NCBI GenBank assembly: GCA_004297205.1
Contig: SCUL01000001.1
Span: forward strand, 93,862 to 157,861
DNA: 64,000 nucleotides
Reading direction: 5' to 3'
Origin: Patescibacteria group bacterium
GTDB taxonomy: Bacteria; Patescibacteriota; Patescibacteriia; 2-12-FULL-57-11
Part shown: piece after piece, positions 27,956 to 37,962 of the stretch
Numbering within the stretch: position 1 is the stretch's first letter
Layout of the letters: each line of letters begins with the position of its first letter
The notes under the pieces: generated by a model
Database searches by the model: none
Seen by the model: only the letters and a program-made list of their open reading frames with translations
What the model was told of the DNA's origin: nothing
Made by a program: the position numbers and the translations under genes

Positions 27956-28670
27956 AAAAAAAATCGGCACCCCGCAGCGTCACCGGAAGCAGTCACATGC
28001 TCCGGAGAAACGCAGGATGCCTTCTCCGCGGATGCCCGCGGACGGAGTGCCCACCTCCGGGTACTTCGTGAATCACGCTACTTCCTCGGCGTCGCGCTGG
28101 CCGCGACGGTGATGGCCGGCCACCTCTTTGCTTTCCAGGCAGATGGCACCTGGGGCTGTGTCCCTCCTGCCGGTCACGGAATGGTCTTGGAACGGCGTGT
28201 GTGACGACGCCGTGTCCGCACATCCGCGCTGACCGACAGACCCTGCCAGGGCCCGTGCTTCTCCCTTCACCCGCAATGTTCTTCGAGAAGCGGGACTGTG
28301 ATGGTCTTTTGGACCGTACGGTCTCTCGGAGTCACGGAAGTCCACAAAAATGTGGGTGTCGAGTGACGTGGCTCCGGTCGCGTACTCGCACTTTTTGTGA
28401 CGCGCGGTGCTTGGCGCGGCCGTTCGTGGCGCTCGGATCGGCCACGACGCGGCGGAAGACGATCTCCTCTCGGGTTGGCGCCCCTCCAGAAGGGCGCGCA
28501 GGGTTGTGACGTGCCGGTCCTGCCTCCGCAGCCGGGCGGGCTGCGGACGCGACGGTTCTCAGAACCGTCGGCAGGCGGGCACACGATGACGGTTCGAGTC
28601 TCAACGGTCTACCGACCCATCTCACACACGCATAGGACGTACCTCCCGCGTTGTTCCCCGCTCTGGGGTA
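27956..28670 (-). ncRNA. Putative large (~715 nt) structured non-coding RNA of unknown family
   Basis: Own near-consensus promoter, T8 terminator, dense hairpins and multibranch junction, no credible ORF. Confidence 0.65.
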
Positions 28671-28675
28671 CCTGC

Positions 28676-28704
28676 CTTATAGCAGATAGCCGTGGTCGTG
28701 TCAA
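28676..28704 (-). promoter_or_regulatory. Sigma70-type promoter TTGACA-17-TATAAG with extended TG
   Basis: Minus strand TTGACA cgaccacggctatctgc TATAAG. Confidence 0.85.
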
Positions 28705-28713
28705 TCCTCGCAC

Positions 28714-29124
28714 TTAGCGCCACCCTCGTTGTTCTTCTAGCTGATGCAGCTCCTCGTCATCCAACCCGTATTGATGGGCGACTTCGTGCCACAGCGTGCG
28801 GCGAATTTCTTCGCGGACATGGTCTTCGAGCGCGCCGCCCTCGTTGGCGTGGATGTCGGCGGCTTCGTCTTCGATCGCTTCTTGAAACAAGTAAATGCGC
28901 GATGGCAGCAGACCGGAAACCTCGGGGCCGCGGTCCACGTCGGCCACGCCTTCGAACAAGCCGAGCAGATCATCGGTGTCCGGGTCCATCCCCTGCTCCC
29001 GGATCTGCGCGTCGGTCGCGAACGGCTGCACCTCGACCACCAGTTCTTCCAGCCGGTCGCGCACCGGCGCCGGCAAGGCGGCGATGGCTTCACTGACCAA
29101 CCGGTCGAACTCCGCAGCGGTCAT
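28714..29124 (-). CDS. Minimal zincin-like metallopeptidase (DUF1025 type)
   Basis: LLGLFEG, LPSRIYLFQ, TLWHEVAHQYGLDDEEL. Confidence 0.9.
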   Translation of the reverse strand: MTAAEFDRLVSEAIAALPAPVRDRLEELVVEVQPFATDAQIREQGMDPDTDDLLGLFEGVADVDRGPEVSGLLPSRIYLFQEAIEDEAADIHANEGGALEDHVREEIRRTLWHEVAHQYGLDDEELHQLEEQRGWR

Positions 29125-29125
29125 A

Positions 29126-30904
29126 CTAGGCGAGCGATTCCAGCTCGGCGACCAGCGCTTCGACCGAAGCGAGCGTCTGCGCGTACAGGTTCGGATCATC
29201 CAGCCGCAAGCCGAAGTCGGCGAGCAGTTCCTGCGGCGAGCGTGTTGCGCCGGCAGCGAGGAAGGCGCGGTAGGCGGGCACGAACCGCTCCCCCCTTTCG
29301 CCGCGCTTGGCGATCAGGGCGCGGACCACGCACATGCTCATGGCGTAGCTGTAGACGTAGAACGGATGGTCGAAGACGTGCGGGATGCGCGCCCACTCGT
29401 ATTGCTCAAACGGCAGCGTTTCGAGCGCGTCGCCGTTGCGTTCCGTGACGAGCCGGAGCCAGGTCGTGTTCAACCACTCGGCAGTGAGGCCGGTTTCGCG
29501 GACGCGGGCGTGCGCCTCCCGCTCGAAACGCGCAATCAATCCTTGGCGGAACAGCGCGTTCAGCACGTCGTCGATTTTGCCGGCCAACACGGTGCGAAAC
29601 TCCTCCGGTTTCAACGTCGTCCGGTAGCGCTCCAGCAGCAAATCCTCGTTGAGCTGGGAGGCCGTCTCGGCAATGACATACGCCGTGTGCCGGACCGCGT
29701 ACGGCGCTCCGGCCGCATGAAGCGCGTGCACGCCGTGACCGAGTTCGTGCGCCAAGGTAAAGGCATCACGCAGGGTCGGCTCCCAGTTCAGGAGCAGGTA
29801 GGGATGGTCCGGCGCGCCCCAGCAGTAGGCGCCTTTATATTTGGTTGCTTTGACCGGCACGTCGATCCACGGTTCGTCGCGGAAGCGGCGCGTCATGGCC
29901 GCATACTCCGCGTCGAACGAACCGAGCGCGGCTTCCACGTCCTCCCAGGCCGCGGCGTAACTGCGCGACGGCATGGCACCGCCGATCGGCGCGTAAATGT
30001 CGGCGCTCGTTTGTTTCTTCAAGCCGATCAGTTTGGCCTTGAGTCGGTAGAAGCGGCGGAACAATTCTTCGTTCTTTTCCAAAACGCCGAGCATGGCGTC
30101 GACGGCCGCCGGCGGCACGCCCGCTTCGGTGGCTTCCCGTTCCTGACCGCCGCCGTAGCTGCGCAGGTCGCGGCTTTCCGTCTCATAGTCGCCGACTACC
30201 TGGTTGTAGGCGTGCGCGTAGACGGCGATATCCGGCGCGTAAGATTCCTTCATGCGTTGATGCGCCTCGAGACGCACCGCCGAATCGGCATGATGGACGA
30301 GCTGCTGGATGTTGAGCCGGATGTCCGTGTCTTTGCCGTCGACGCGCATCGTCCCCGGCTTCTGGCGGTTGTCGAGCTCGAGGCGCAGGCGCGACCAGGC
30401 TTCATGCGAGGTGGCACGCTTCAGGGCCACAACCCGCTCTTCGCCGTCCGAGAGCGTGTGCGGAGCAAGCAGACGCGCCTGGGTGATCATCCAGCGGTAC
30501 GGAGCGAGTTCGGGAGCTGCCAGCGCGGCATCCGCGTAAGCGGCGTTCCAGGCCTGGATGCCGGACGTCAAAAAGACGAAGGCGGCGTGCCAACCGGCCA
30601 CTTCGCGGTCGATACGTTCCGAATACGACTTGGCGGCCGTGTCATCGGTGTCGCGGTGGTAGCGGAAGGTGGCCCAGGCATGAAGCGATTCAATCGCTTC
30701 TACGACGGTATTCCAACGGGCCAACAACGCCGCGAGCTCCACAACCGTCAGGGTCCCGGCGCGAAAAGTCTCCTTCTGCGCGACGATGGCGGCGGTTTCC
30801 CGCTCAATCGTCTCGCGCAGTTTCTTGTACCGCGCATCGTCCGGTCCGGTCGGAAAATCAGCCACGTGCCACTCGGGAAGTCTTTCAGTCATTGTCTTCT
30901 TCAT
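29126..30904 (-). CDS. pepF: Oligoendopeptidase F (M3B)
   Basis: WID...KYKGAYC, TLAHELGHGVH, AETASQLNE, WARIPH..FYVYSYA. Confidence 0.92.
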   Translation of the reverse strand: MKKTMTERLPEWHVADFPTGPDDARYKKLRETIERETAAIVAQKETFRAGTLTVVELAALLARWNTVVEAIESLHAWATFRYHRDTDDTAAKSYSERIDREVAGWHAAFVFLTSGIQAWNAAYADAALAAPELAPYRWMITQARLLAPHTLSDGEERVVALKRATSHEAWSRLRLELDNRQKPGTMRVDGKDTDIRLNIQQLVHHADSAVRLEAHQRMKESYAPDIAVYAHAYNQVVGDYETESRDLRSYGGGQEREATEAGVPPAAVDAMLGVLEKNEELFRRFYRLKAKLIGLKKQTSADIYAPIGGAMPSRSYAAAWEDVEAALGSFDAEYAAMTRRFRDEPWIDVPVKATKYKGAYCWGAPDHPYLLLNWEPTLRDAFTLAHELGHGVHALHAAGAPYAVRHTAYVIAETASQLNEDLLLERYRTTLKPEEFRTVLAGKIDDVLNALFRQGLIARFEREAHARVRETGLTAEWLNTTWLRLVTERNGDALETLPFEQYEWARIPHVFDHPFYVYSYAMSMCVVRALIAKRGERGERFVPAYRAFLAAGATRSPQELLADFGLRLDDPNLYAQTLASVEALVAELESLA

Positions 30905-30927
30905 AGATAGGCGGTATGCGGATCAGA

Positions 30928-31028
30928 CGGTACGCGTTGCTGCGGAGACGGTCCATCCGGCATTTCTTATCGCTGCCGGACCTTCATCCCAAGCCACCGG
31001 CAGCGAGCGCCGGATGGTTCGCGTACCG
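30928..31028. other. Rod-like nested inverted repeat upstream of pepF
   Basis: Three perfect nested stems of 9, 9 and 10 bp. Confidence 0.6.
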
Positions 31029-31045
31029 GATGAGACGCGTGCCGC

Positions 31046-31678
31046 CTATGTCTCCCCCGCGTCGTGCGCCGGGAACGGCTTGCTGCGCAAGAGGTTCGCC
31101 AAAATGACGAGATTGCGGACGAAGCGGCGGTTCATCTCGGCAACGTCCTGGTTCTGCGCCAGCCGCACGCGGGTCGGCGGCCGCTTCACGCCGACCTCGC
31201 CGACCCAGTAGCACAGGCTCTCCGGCGGAAAGGCGAACCCCAGGAACTGCAGCGTATTCATGATGTGCTGGCCGACCTGCTGCGCGCCGTCCTCGGAACC
31301 GGTCGTGAGCACGCCGGCGGCCTTGTTGTAGAGCTTGCTGGTGCGCGTGCGGAGGTATTCCTCATCGAACGCGTCCATCCGCTCCAAGGCACGCTGGACG
31401 AGCGAGGACGGCCCAGGCCCCCACCAGACCGGCGAGGCCATGATCAAGATGTCGCAGGCGGCGATGGCGCGGGCGATCTTCGGCCAATCGTCCCCCTTGC
31501 CCTCGTTGTGACGCAGGCCGGGCAGCACGTTCTCCCCGATCAAGCGGATGACGCGGCTGCGCACCCCCGCTTTGGAGAGCCGGTTGCGCGTCATGATGAC
31601 CAGATCTTCGATGCTTGAGCCGGACGTGCGGTTGAGTCCGCCCTCCAAGATGAGCGCGGTCAGAGGTTTCTTTGGCAT
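31046..31678 (-). CDS. Multimeric flavodoxin / NAD(P)H-dependent FMN reductase family protein
   Basis: DDWPKI...CDILIMASPVWWG, LYNKAAGVLTTGSEDGAQ. Confidence 0.88.
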   Translation of the reverse strand: MPKKPLTALILEGGLNRTSGSSIEDLVIMTRNRLSKAGVRSRVIRLIGENVLPGLRHNEGKGDDWPKIARAIAACDILIMASPVWWGPGPSSLVQRALERMDAFDEEYLRTRTSKLYNKAAGVLTTGSEDGAQQVGQHIMNTLQFLGFAFPPESLCYWVGEVGVKRPPTRVRLAQNQDVAEMNRRFVRNLVILANLLRSKPFPAHDAGET

Positions 31679-31734
31679 ATCACGGACAGCGTATCAGAAA
31701 AGCGCTCCGTTCGGGAGCGCTTTTCTGCCGACCG

Positions 31735-32025
31735 TTACATGCCGCCCATGGGCTTGGCACCGCCAGCGGCCGGAGCACCCGGCTCATTCTTGCACGCTCC
31801 GCCGCAGCAGGCCTTACAGCCCTTGCACATGCCCTTGGTGAGCATGAACAGCGCCGAGAGGCCGACCACGATGTAGACGATGCGTTCCACCATCGGCACG
31901 CTGCCGAGAATGGCGTTGACCAGGTTGAAGTCGAACGCGCCGATCAGACCCCAGTTCACCGCGCCGATCCACATCAGCCAGTAGGTGACCATGTGGACGC
32001 CGCACATCTTGTGATGTCCCATCAT
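31735..32025 (-). CDS. DUF378 small membrane protein
   Basis: IGAVNWGLIGAFDFNLV...ERIVYIVVGLSA. Confidence 0.9.
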   Translation of the reverse strand: MMGHHKMCGVHMVTYWLMWIGAVNWGLIGAFDFNLVNAILGSVPMVERIVYIVVGLSALFMLTKGMCKGCKACCGGACKNEPGAPAAGGAKPMGGM

Positions 32026-32052
32026 ACTGCTGGATAAAAACGAACACCGTGC

Positions 32053-32334
32053 TTAGAGCACGGCGTCCTTCACTGCCTTGGCGAGGCGGAATTTAACCAC
32101 CGTCTTGGCCGGAATCTGGATCGAGGCGCCGGTCATCGGGTTGCGGCCGGTGCGCGCTTCACGGCGCTTCTTCACCAGCTTGCCGAAGCCCGGGAGGGCG
32201 AATTCCCCGCTCTTTTTGACCTCGTCGTAGGCCATGGCGGCGAGCTGATCCATGATCTCCCCGACCTGCTTCTTGGTCGTGCCGGTCTTTTCGGCCAGCA
32301 TTCCGAACAGCTGAGTCTTCGACATCTTTGCCAT
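32053..32334 (-). CDS. hup: HU-family DNA-binding protein
   Basis: LPGFGKL..REARTGRNPMTGASIQIPAKTVVKF. Confidence 0.95.
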   Translation of the reverse strand: MAKMSKTQLFGMLAEKTGTTKKQVGEIMDQLAAMAYDEVKKSGEFALPGFGKLVKKRREARTGRNPMTGASIQIPAKTVVKFRLAKAVKDAVL

Positions 32335-32414
32335 AAGGCGCGGACAGTAAGTTATCAACAGGGTCTATTATTACAGAAAACGGGCGGTTTTTGAACACGC
32401 CGCCCGCGATCCGT

Positions 32415-32882
32415 CTAGGGGAGGAGGCCCGGAACGTTCTGGGCTTCAATCGTGAAGCAGGTGCGGCCCTGGCCGTGTTTCCAGAAATCCGCGCCTTGCC
32501 CGACGTAATACGGCCGCGCGTATTTGTCCTGTGCCGCCTCGGCGGTCGCGTCCGTTTCGAACGTCGCGCACATTTCGTAGGTTTTTCCGGCAGTCACGCG
32601 GTATTCGTAGGCTTCCTGGGTACGCGGATCAAGCAGCGACGGGACGTAGTATTCCCGGCGGTTCTGCAAGTCCGTCAGGGCTTCCGGCAAGCGGGCGTTG
32701 CGGGTCCAGTACTGGTCCACGGCTTGGGAGAGCTGCTGCAGATCGTTGATCCGGCGGGCGTCGAACTGCCGGGCCCGTTCCTGGCTGGGCGAACCGGCCA
32801 CGAACAATCCGCCGATGGCCGCCGCTGCCACGGCCAGGATGACCGCGCCCACGAAGATCTTTTTGCCCATGTCTTTTTGCAT
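32415..32882 (-). CDS. Membrane-anchored pseudopilin-like hypothetical protein
   Basis: TM helix, then GSP..R..FDARRINDL, DPRTQEAYEY, YEMCATF. Confidence 0.8.
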   Translation of the reverse strand: MQKDMGKKIFVGAVILAVAAAAIGGLFVAGSPSQERARQFDARRINDLQQLSQAVDQYWTRNARLPEALTDLQNRREYYVPSLLDPRTQEAYEYRVTAGKTYEMCATFETDATAEAAQDKYARPYYVGQGADFWKHGQGRTCFTIEAQNVPGLLP

Positions 32883-32883
32883 G

Positions 32884-33519
32884 TCAAGCTTCCTTCTCTT
32901 CTTGGCGGAGATCCCACAGGTAGTACCCAAAGATGGTGCCGGCAATGCCGCCGACGACCAGCACCTTCAGGACGAAGCGCAGGGTCAGTTCGCCGCCCAG
33001 GACGTTGAAGACGAGCGTGATGAGGTCGCCGATGATGATGCCGGCGGCCACGAACAGCGTGAGGTACGTCAACCACTTGCGGACCTTGGAACCGCGCTTC
33101 TCCGGATCCTTCGCAATCGCCCTGTTCAGCATTCTGGAAAGCCACAGGAAGACCGGGAAGGCGATGATCAACGACGCCGTGGACCAACGGATGGCCTGCA
33201 GCGAGTTGTCGTAGACGTAGTCGCCCACCAGCGGGTCCGGCAACCAGCGATTGATGAACTGGAACAGCAATGTTCCGAAGCTGAAGGAGCTGATGTACAG
33301 CGTCAGGAAAAGCACCAGATACAGGAACGCTTCCCGGGCCGAGAGATACGGCTTGCGCCGCGGTACCGGCACGGGGAAGGTCACGTCGGCGTAGGCGCTG
33401 AGGGCGTTCTTGACCTCGTCGGCGTTCCAGCCGGCCTTGCCGAGCGTGTCCCGGATTTGTTCCCGGGTGGCGCCTTTCAGCAGCGCATCTCGGACGAACG
33501 ACTGCAATTCATTGGGCAT
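32884..33519 (-). CDS. DUF5671-like membrane protein
   Basis: SAREAFLYL, VRKWLTYLTLF, GELTLRFVLK, FGYYL. Confidence 0.85.
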   Translation of the reverse strand: MPNELQSFVRDALLKGATREQIRDTLGKAGWNADEVKNALSAYADVTFPVPVPRRKPYLSAREAFLYLVLFLTLYISSFSFGTLLFQFINRWLPDPLVGDYVYDNSLQAIRWSTASLIIAFPVFLWLSRMLNRAIAKDPEKRGSKVRKWLTYLTLFVAAGIIIGDLITLVFNVLGGELTLRFVLKVLVVGGIAGTIFGYYLWDLRQEEKEA

Positions 33520-33578
33520 AGCAGGAAAAAAGTACCATTTTCAGCCGTTTTCCACAACGGCGCGCGGATCGCCGGGTC

Positions 33579-35021
33579 CTACTGGATATGGACGGTCGTG
33601 CCCAGCTCGGCCCAGTCGTAGACCCATTTGGAATCTGCCAGGGAGACGTTGATGCAACCGTGGCTCATGGGGACGCCGAAGTTGTTGTGCCAATAGGCGT
33701 CGTGAATGTAAAAACGCGGCTTGAAGTTGAGGTTCCACGGGACGTTCTTGAGGTTGTAGTTGTTGGGGTTGCCCGGCCCGTAGCTCCAGCGGTAATCCAT
33801 GAGCGGCACTTTGCGGAAGATCGCGAAGGTGCCGGTCGGCGACGGAAAGCGGGCCGTGCCCGAGCTGATCAGGAAGGTGTGGGCGAGACGGCCGTTCTCC
33901 CAGGCCCACAGCTGCTGGCGGGCAAGATTCACTTCGATATGCTTGCCCGATACGGATGCCGCGTCCGCCGCCGCGGTCGCCACCAACGACGGGGCCACCG
34001 TGCGCGGCGCCGGAGCGGCCACCAGTTCCGGCCGGGCGTCGCCGTCGACGTCGCCCGCGACGGCGCGGACCGCGTCGGCCTGGGTCGGACCGTACGGCTG
34101 CCAGCTGCGCAACAAGACGCCGCCCATGGTGTAGGCGCGCACCTCGGTCCCGACGAGCTGGGAGATGATGATGTCGACTTTGCCGTCGCCGCTGCCGTCC
34201 CCCGCGCTGAGCTCGACGCCCGAGGCGTAGGCCGGCTCCGACCCGCTGAAGGCGACGGCGAGCTCCGGCTTCCCCGAGGTGAAGCGGAAGACGCGCACTT
34301 CGCTCTCCCCCGCCCCCTGCCGGGCGACCGCGAGTTCGTCGCGGCCGTCGCCGTTGAAGTCGCCGCCGGCCACGGAAACGCCCTGGGTCATTGTCGCTTC
34401 GAAGGCGAAAAATTCCATGACCAGGGAGCCGTCCGGACGGAAGGCACGGATATGCGGCCCGCCGCCCGCGCCCGGCCCGGTGATGATTTCGTCGCTGCCG
34501 TCGCCGTCCACGTCCGCCGCGGTCACGGAAAGACCGCCGCGAAAGGCGCGGTCGTAAGCCGAGAATCCGTTCTCGTTGAAAAGCTCCGTGCCGGTGCGGT
34601 TCCAGACACGGACGTGCGGTCCGCCGCCGAAGCCGGGCGTGGTGACGATCTCCCGGGAATTGTCGTTGTTGAAGTCCCCGACCGCCACGTTGACGCCGCG
34701 GGCAAAGGCTTTGTCGTAGGCCAGGAAGGTTCCCAGCAACTTGGCGTCACCGGTCAGCACGCGCACCCGCGGTTCTTTCCCCAACCCCTCCGCAAGGACG
34801 ATCTCCAGTTTGCCGTCGCCGGTGAGCTCGCCGAGCGCGACATTCGCGCCGCCGACATCGAACCGGCCGAACGTGGAAAGCACCTGCTTGGCGGTGCTGG
34901 TGGTCGCGCCGTCGAAGACTTTGGCGGGCGGCAGCGGCAGATATTTGGCGTGCGCCGGAACGGAGACGGCGAAGACGGCCAGAACGCCCAAGACCACCGC
35001 CGCCGTGTCACGTCGTTTCAT
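33579..35021 (-). CDS. L,D-transpeptidase with FG-GAP repeats
   Basis: Repeats VAVGDFNND..EIVT.PG.GGGPHVR; C-terminal IEVNLARQQL, IHDAYWHNNFGVPMSHGCIN. Confidence 0.92.
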   Translation of the reverse strand: MKRRDTAAVVLGVLAVFAVSVPAHAKYLPLPPAKVFDGATTSTAKQVLSTFGRFDVGGANVALGELTGDGKLEIVLAEGLGKEPRVRVLTGDAKLLGTFLAYDKAFARGVNVAVGDFNNDNSREIVTTPGFGGGPHVRVWNRTGTELFNENGFSAYDRAFRGGLSVTAADVDGDGSDEIITGPGAGGGPHIRAFRPDGSLVMEFFAFEATMTQGVSVAGGDFNGDGRDELAVARQGAGESEVRVFRFTSGKPELAVAFSGSEPAYASGVELSAGDGSGDGKVDIIISQLVGTEVRAYTMGGVLLRSWQPYGPTQADAVRAVAGDVDGDARPELVAAPAPRTVAPSLVATAAADAASVSGKHIEVNLARQQLWAWENGRLAHTFLISSGTARFPSPTGTFAIFRKVPLMDYRWSYGPGNPNNYNLKNVPWNLNFKPRFYIHDAYWHNNFGVPMSHGCINVSLADSKWVYDWAELGTTVHIQ

Positions 35022-35085
35022 ATCTTCATATTGAATCAAATCCGCACATGCTCGTACAGGGGAAAACCGCGCGGACTCCCCCTCC

Positions 35086-37744
35086 TCACGGCGCGCCGCC
35101 GGAGGGAAACGCCGAATGTTCATCAATCAACTCGCCGGGGGACGGCAGTCCAAGTTCTTCGTCGATGGTGGTCTCCGAGGGAACCGGCTCGACCGTGGCC
35201 ACGTCGGCGACGTTCTGCCCGATGACGTAGTCGCCGAAGAAGATCGTGTTCACGAGCCACACGCTCGTCTGCGCCCAGGTGGGACCGAACAAGGCCTGCA
35301 GCACTCCCTCGGAAATCACGCGGCGCAACGTCCGTTGCTGGGCCACGAGATGATACTCGAGCGTGGTGCGGACCTGGACGGCGCGGCCGGGACGGATCGT
35401 GACGTTTTGGCCCACCGGAAACCGCGCCAGATGGTAATTCGGCCACGTGCGGATCTGCGGGGCGTCGCCGAACCAGGAAACGAGCACGGACGGTTCCGGA
35501 AAGGTATGCCGCTTGAAGTCGGTGCCGATGTAGGCGACCTGTCCGGATTGGCCGCGGACCAGGTCGCCCGGATGCGGGTGGTAGACCTTTTCGACGGAAC
35601 AAATCTCGGGATAGGCGTCGAGGTCGAAGGACCATTCCTCTCCGACGGCTCCGCTGACGTCCGTCCACAGGGGGAGGTCGTCGACAGCGAGGTCTCCCGC
35701 AAACACCACAGCGCGCAGCGCGTAGGCGGCGGTCGAGGTGGCGGACGGGATGTGGGCGTACGCCTTGCTCTCGAAATGTTCGATGTGGACGATGACATCC
35801 TCGAACTGCCCGTCGCCGTCGGCGTCGAACGCGTACGACGTCTCCGACGCGGATACCGACTCCACCCGGACCGCCGCCGAACCCGGCTTCAACGCGCGGC
35901 CGTCGGGAAACACCAGATACGGCAGGACCGCGGCATGGGCGAAGTCGGCGATGCAGGCCTCGTCCAGTTCGGGCGCGACGATGCGGCCTTCGCGCAGTTC
36001 GTGCTCGTGCGGTGGTGCAGCGCAGTTGTTCGTGAGGTCGACGCGGATGGACTCCGATTGCACGGGCGAAACGTCGTACGACGGACTGCGGAATTGAAAG
36101 TACGTGCTGTAGTTGCCGTCTTCCGCCGGGAACTCCACGTCGGTGTCCGCCATGACGCCGTCGAAGTTCAGCCAGGGCAGGTTCTCCAGATCGCTCGTCG
36201 GGCCGACGCGATACCACGCGGCGCTGTGGGCATGAATATGCAGTGTCGCCGTCGCGTCCGGACTGCAGCCGCCCTCGAGGTAGTAGGCTTCGATCTCCGT
36301 CGGCGCGGAGCCTTCCGGTTCGGTGACGCGCGGTTGCGGCGGAGGTTCCGGAGCCGGCGGCGAACTGACCATGACGGCGTCCACATCGTCGTCGATGCCG
36401 ACGGCGCCATCCGGTGCGGCCGCGTTGTCCGAGACGGTGACGGTCCAGTCGCCGGCCGTCTCATCGGCGTACCAGAACGCCGCGCTCGAAGCACCGGGGC
36501 CGATGGTCCGCGAGGTGATGGCGGAACCGCCGGATGCGGCGTCATAGAAATGCGGACCGGAACCCGATGAATCGGTGTACAGGGAGACGGTGTCAGACCC
36601 CGTGGTCACCGGGTCGCCGTCCTGGTCGACGCGGGAGACGGCGTACGCGAGGCGCGTCCCGGCGGTCATGTCGCCGGGGTCGGTGAGCTGGAACGCGACG
36701 ACGTCATTGAGGTCGCTGGAAAGGATGGCAACTTTGGCGTTATCGTAATTTGCTACGGCAAGATCGACATCATTGTCCCCGTCAAGATCAGCGGGAAAAG
36801 CGGACCACGGACCGCTGCCCGCCGAATACTGCACGGCTGCGGCGAAGGTGCCGTTGCCGTTGTTGAGGAGGACGGAGACGTTGTCACTGTCATAATTCGC
36901 CGTGACAAGATCGCGGTCGCCGTCGCCGTCGAGATCGGCGGTGAAGACCGAGGGAGGATGGGTTCCCACGGCGTAGTTCACGGGCGAAGCGAACGTGCCG
37001 TCGCCGTTGTTGAGGAGGACGGAGACGTTCGTTATGGTTGTCGTAATTCGCGGTGGCGATATCGACGTCGCCGTCGCCGTCGAGATCGGCGGCGTCGAGC
37101 GCGATGGGATATGCGGTGATTCCGTAATGCACCGCCGCGGCGAAGGTGCCGTCGCCGTTGTTGAGGAGGACGGAGACCGACGCACCGAAATAATCCGCGA
37201 CGACCAAATCCTGGTCGTTGTCCCCGTCAACATCGACGGTCTGGACGGACGCCGGTACGTCCAGCACTCCGTACGCCACCGCCGCGGCGAAGGTGCCGTC
37301 GCCGCTGTTCAGAAGAACGGAAACGCTGTCGCTCATGAAATTCGTGGCGGCCAAATCGAGATCGAAATCGCCGTCGAGATCGGCGGCGAAGACCGAACTG
37401 GGCCTGCTCCCCACGGCGTAATTCACGCTGGCGGCGAAGGCGCCGTCGGCGTTGTTGAGGAGAACCGAAACGGTATTGCTGTTATAGTTCGCGACCGCCA
37501 GATCACGATCGCCGTCGCCGTCGAGATCGGCGGCGAAGACCGAGCGAGGATTGTTGCCTACATCGTATGAAATGGGAGACCCGAAAGCCGCGTAGCTTGC
37601 TTGGGGAGCAAGCAGCACGGAAATGGTGAACAGAGCCGTACTGGATACAAACCCAACGAGCATGCCGACGGCGACGCGTCCGACGCGCGAAACATCCTTC
37701 TTGGCACGGAAACGACGCGTCCGTTTGGCATGTGGTCGGGACAT
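35086..37744 (-). pseudogene. Large FG-GAP/VCBS-repeat surface protein split by a frameshift at ~37030
   Basis: ADLDGDGDxDL..ANY..VSVLLNNGDGTF repeats continue across ORFs 36890-37822 and 35086-37233; 4-bp duplication CGTTCGTT at 37026-37033. Confidence 0.8.
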
Positions 37745-37962
37745 ATGCAGATGCCGAGTGCCGCAGCGGCGCCTTCCGCCAGGGCGTCCCATTCCTAGGA
37801 TGAACAATCCACCGGACAACACGTCTCTTTGGTCTCTCGCATTCTATCACGAATCGGCATTCTCATGAAAAACGCCAGGTGCCGGTTCTCGCACCGTCGC
37901 GTACCCCGTGTTGAACCAAACTCCGTGCCGCCGTATATAGTGGAGGCGTACCCAGGAGGACT

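Noticed and set aside
27956-28670. Identification as RNase P RNA, tmRNA, SRP RNA or a group II intron
   Set aside because: No GAGGAAAGUCC-type P4 strand, no tRNA-like ends with CCA, no SRP domain IV loop and no domain V motif found by eye; a covariance search is still needed
27993-28717. Short ORFs (60-106 aa) in the ncRNA candidate region as real proteins
   Set aside because: Overlapping in all frames, low-complexity R/P/A composition, no motifs and no GC3 bias
36720-37560. Regularly spaced DNA repeats as a CRISPR or non-coding array
   Set aside because: They are codon-degenerate FG-GAP/VCBS protein repeats
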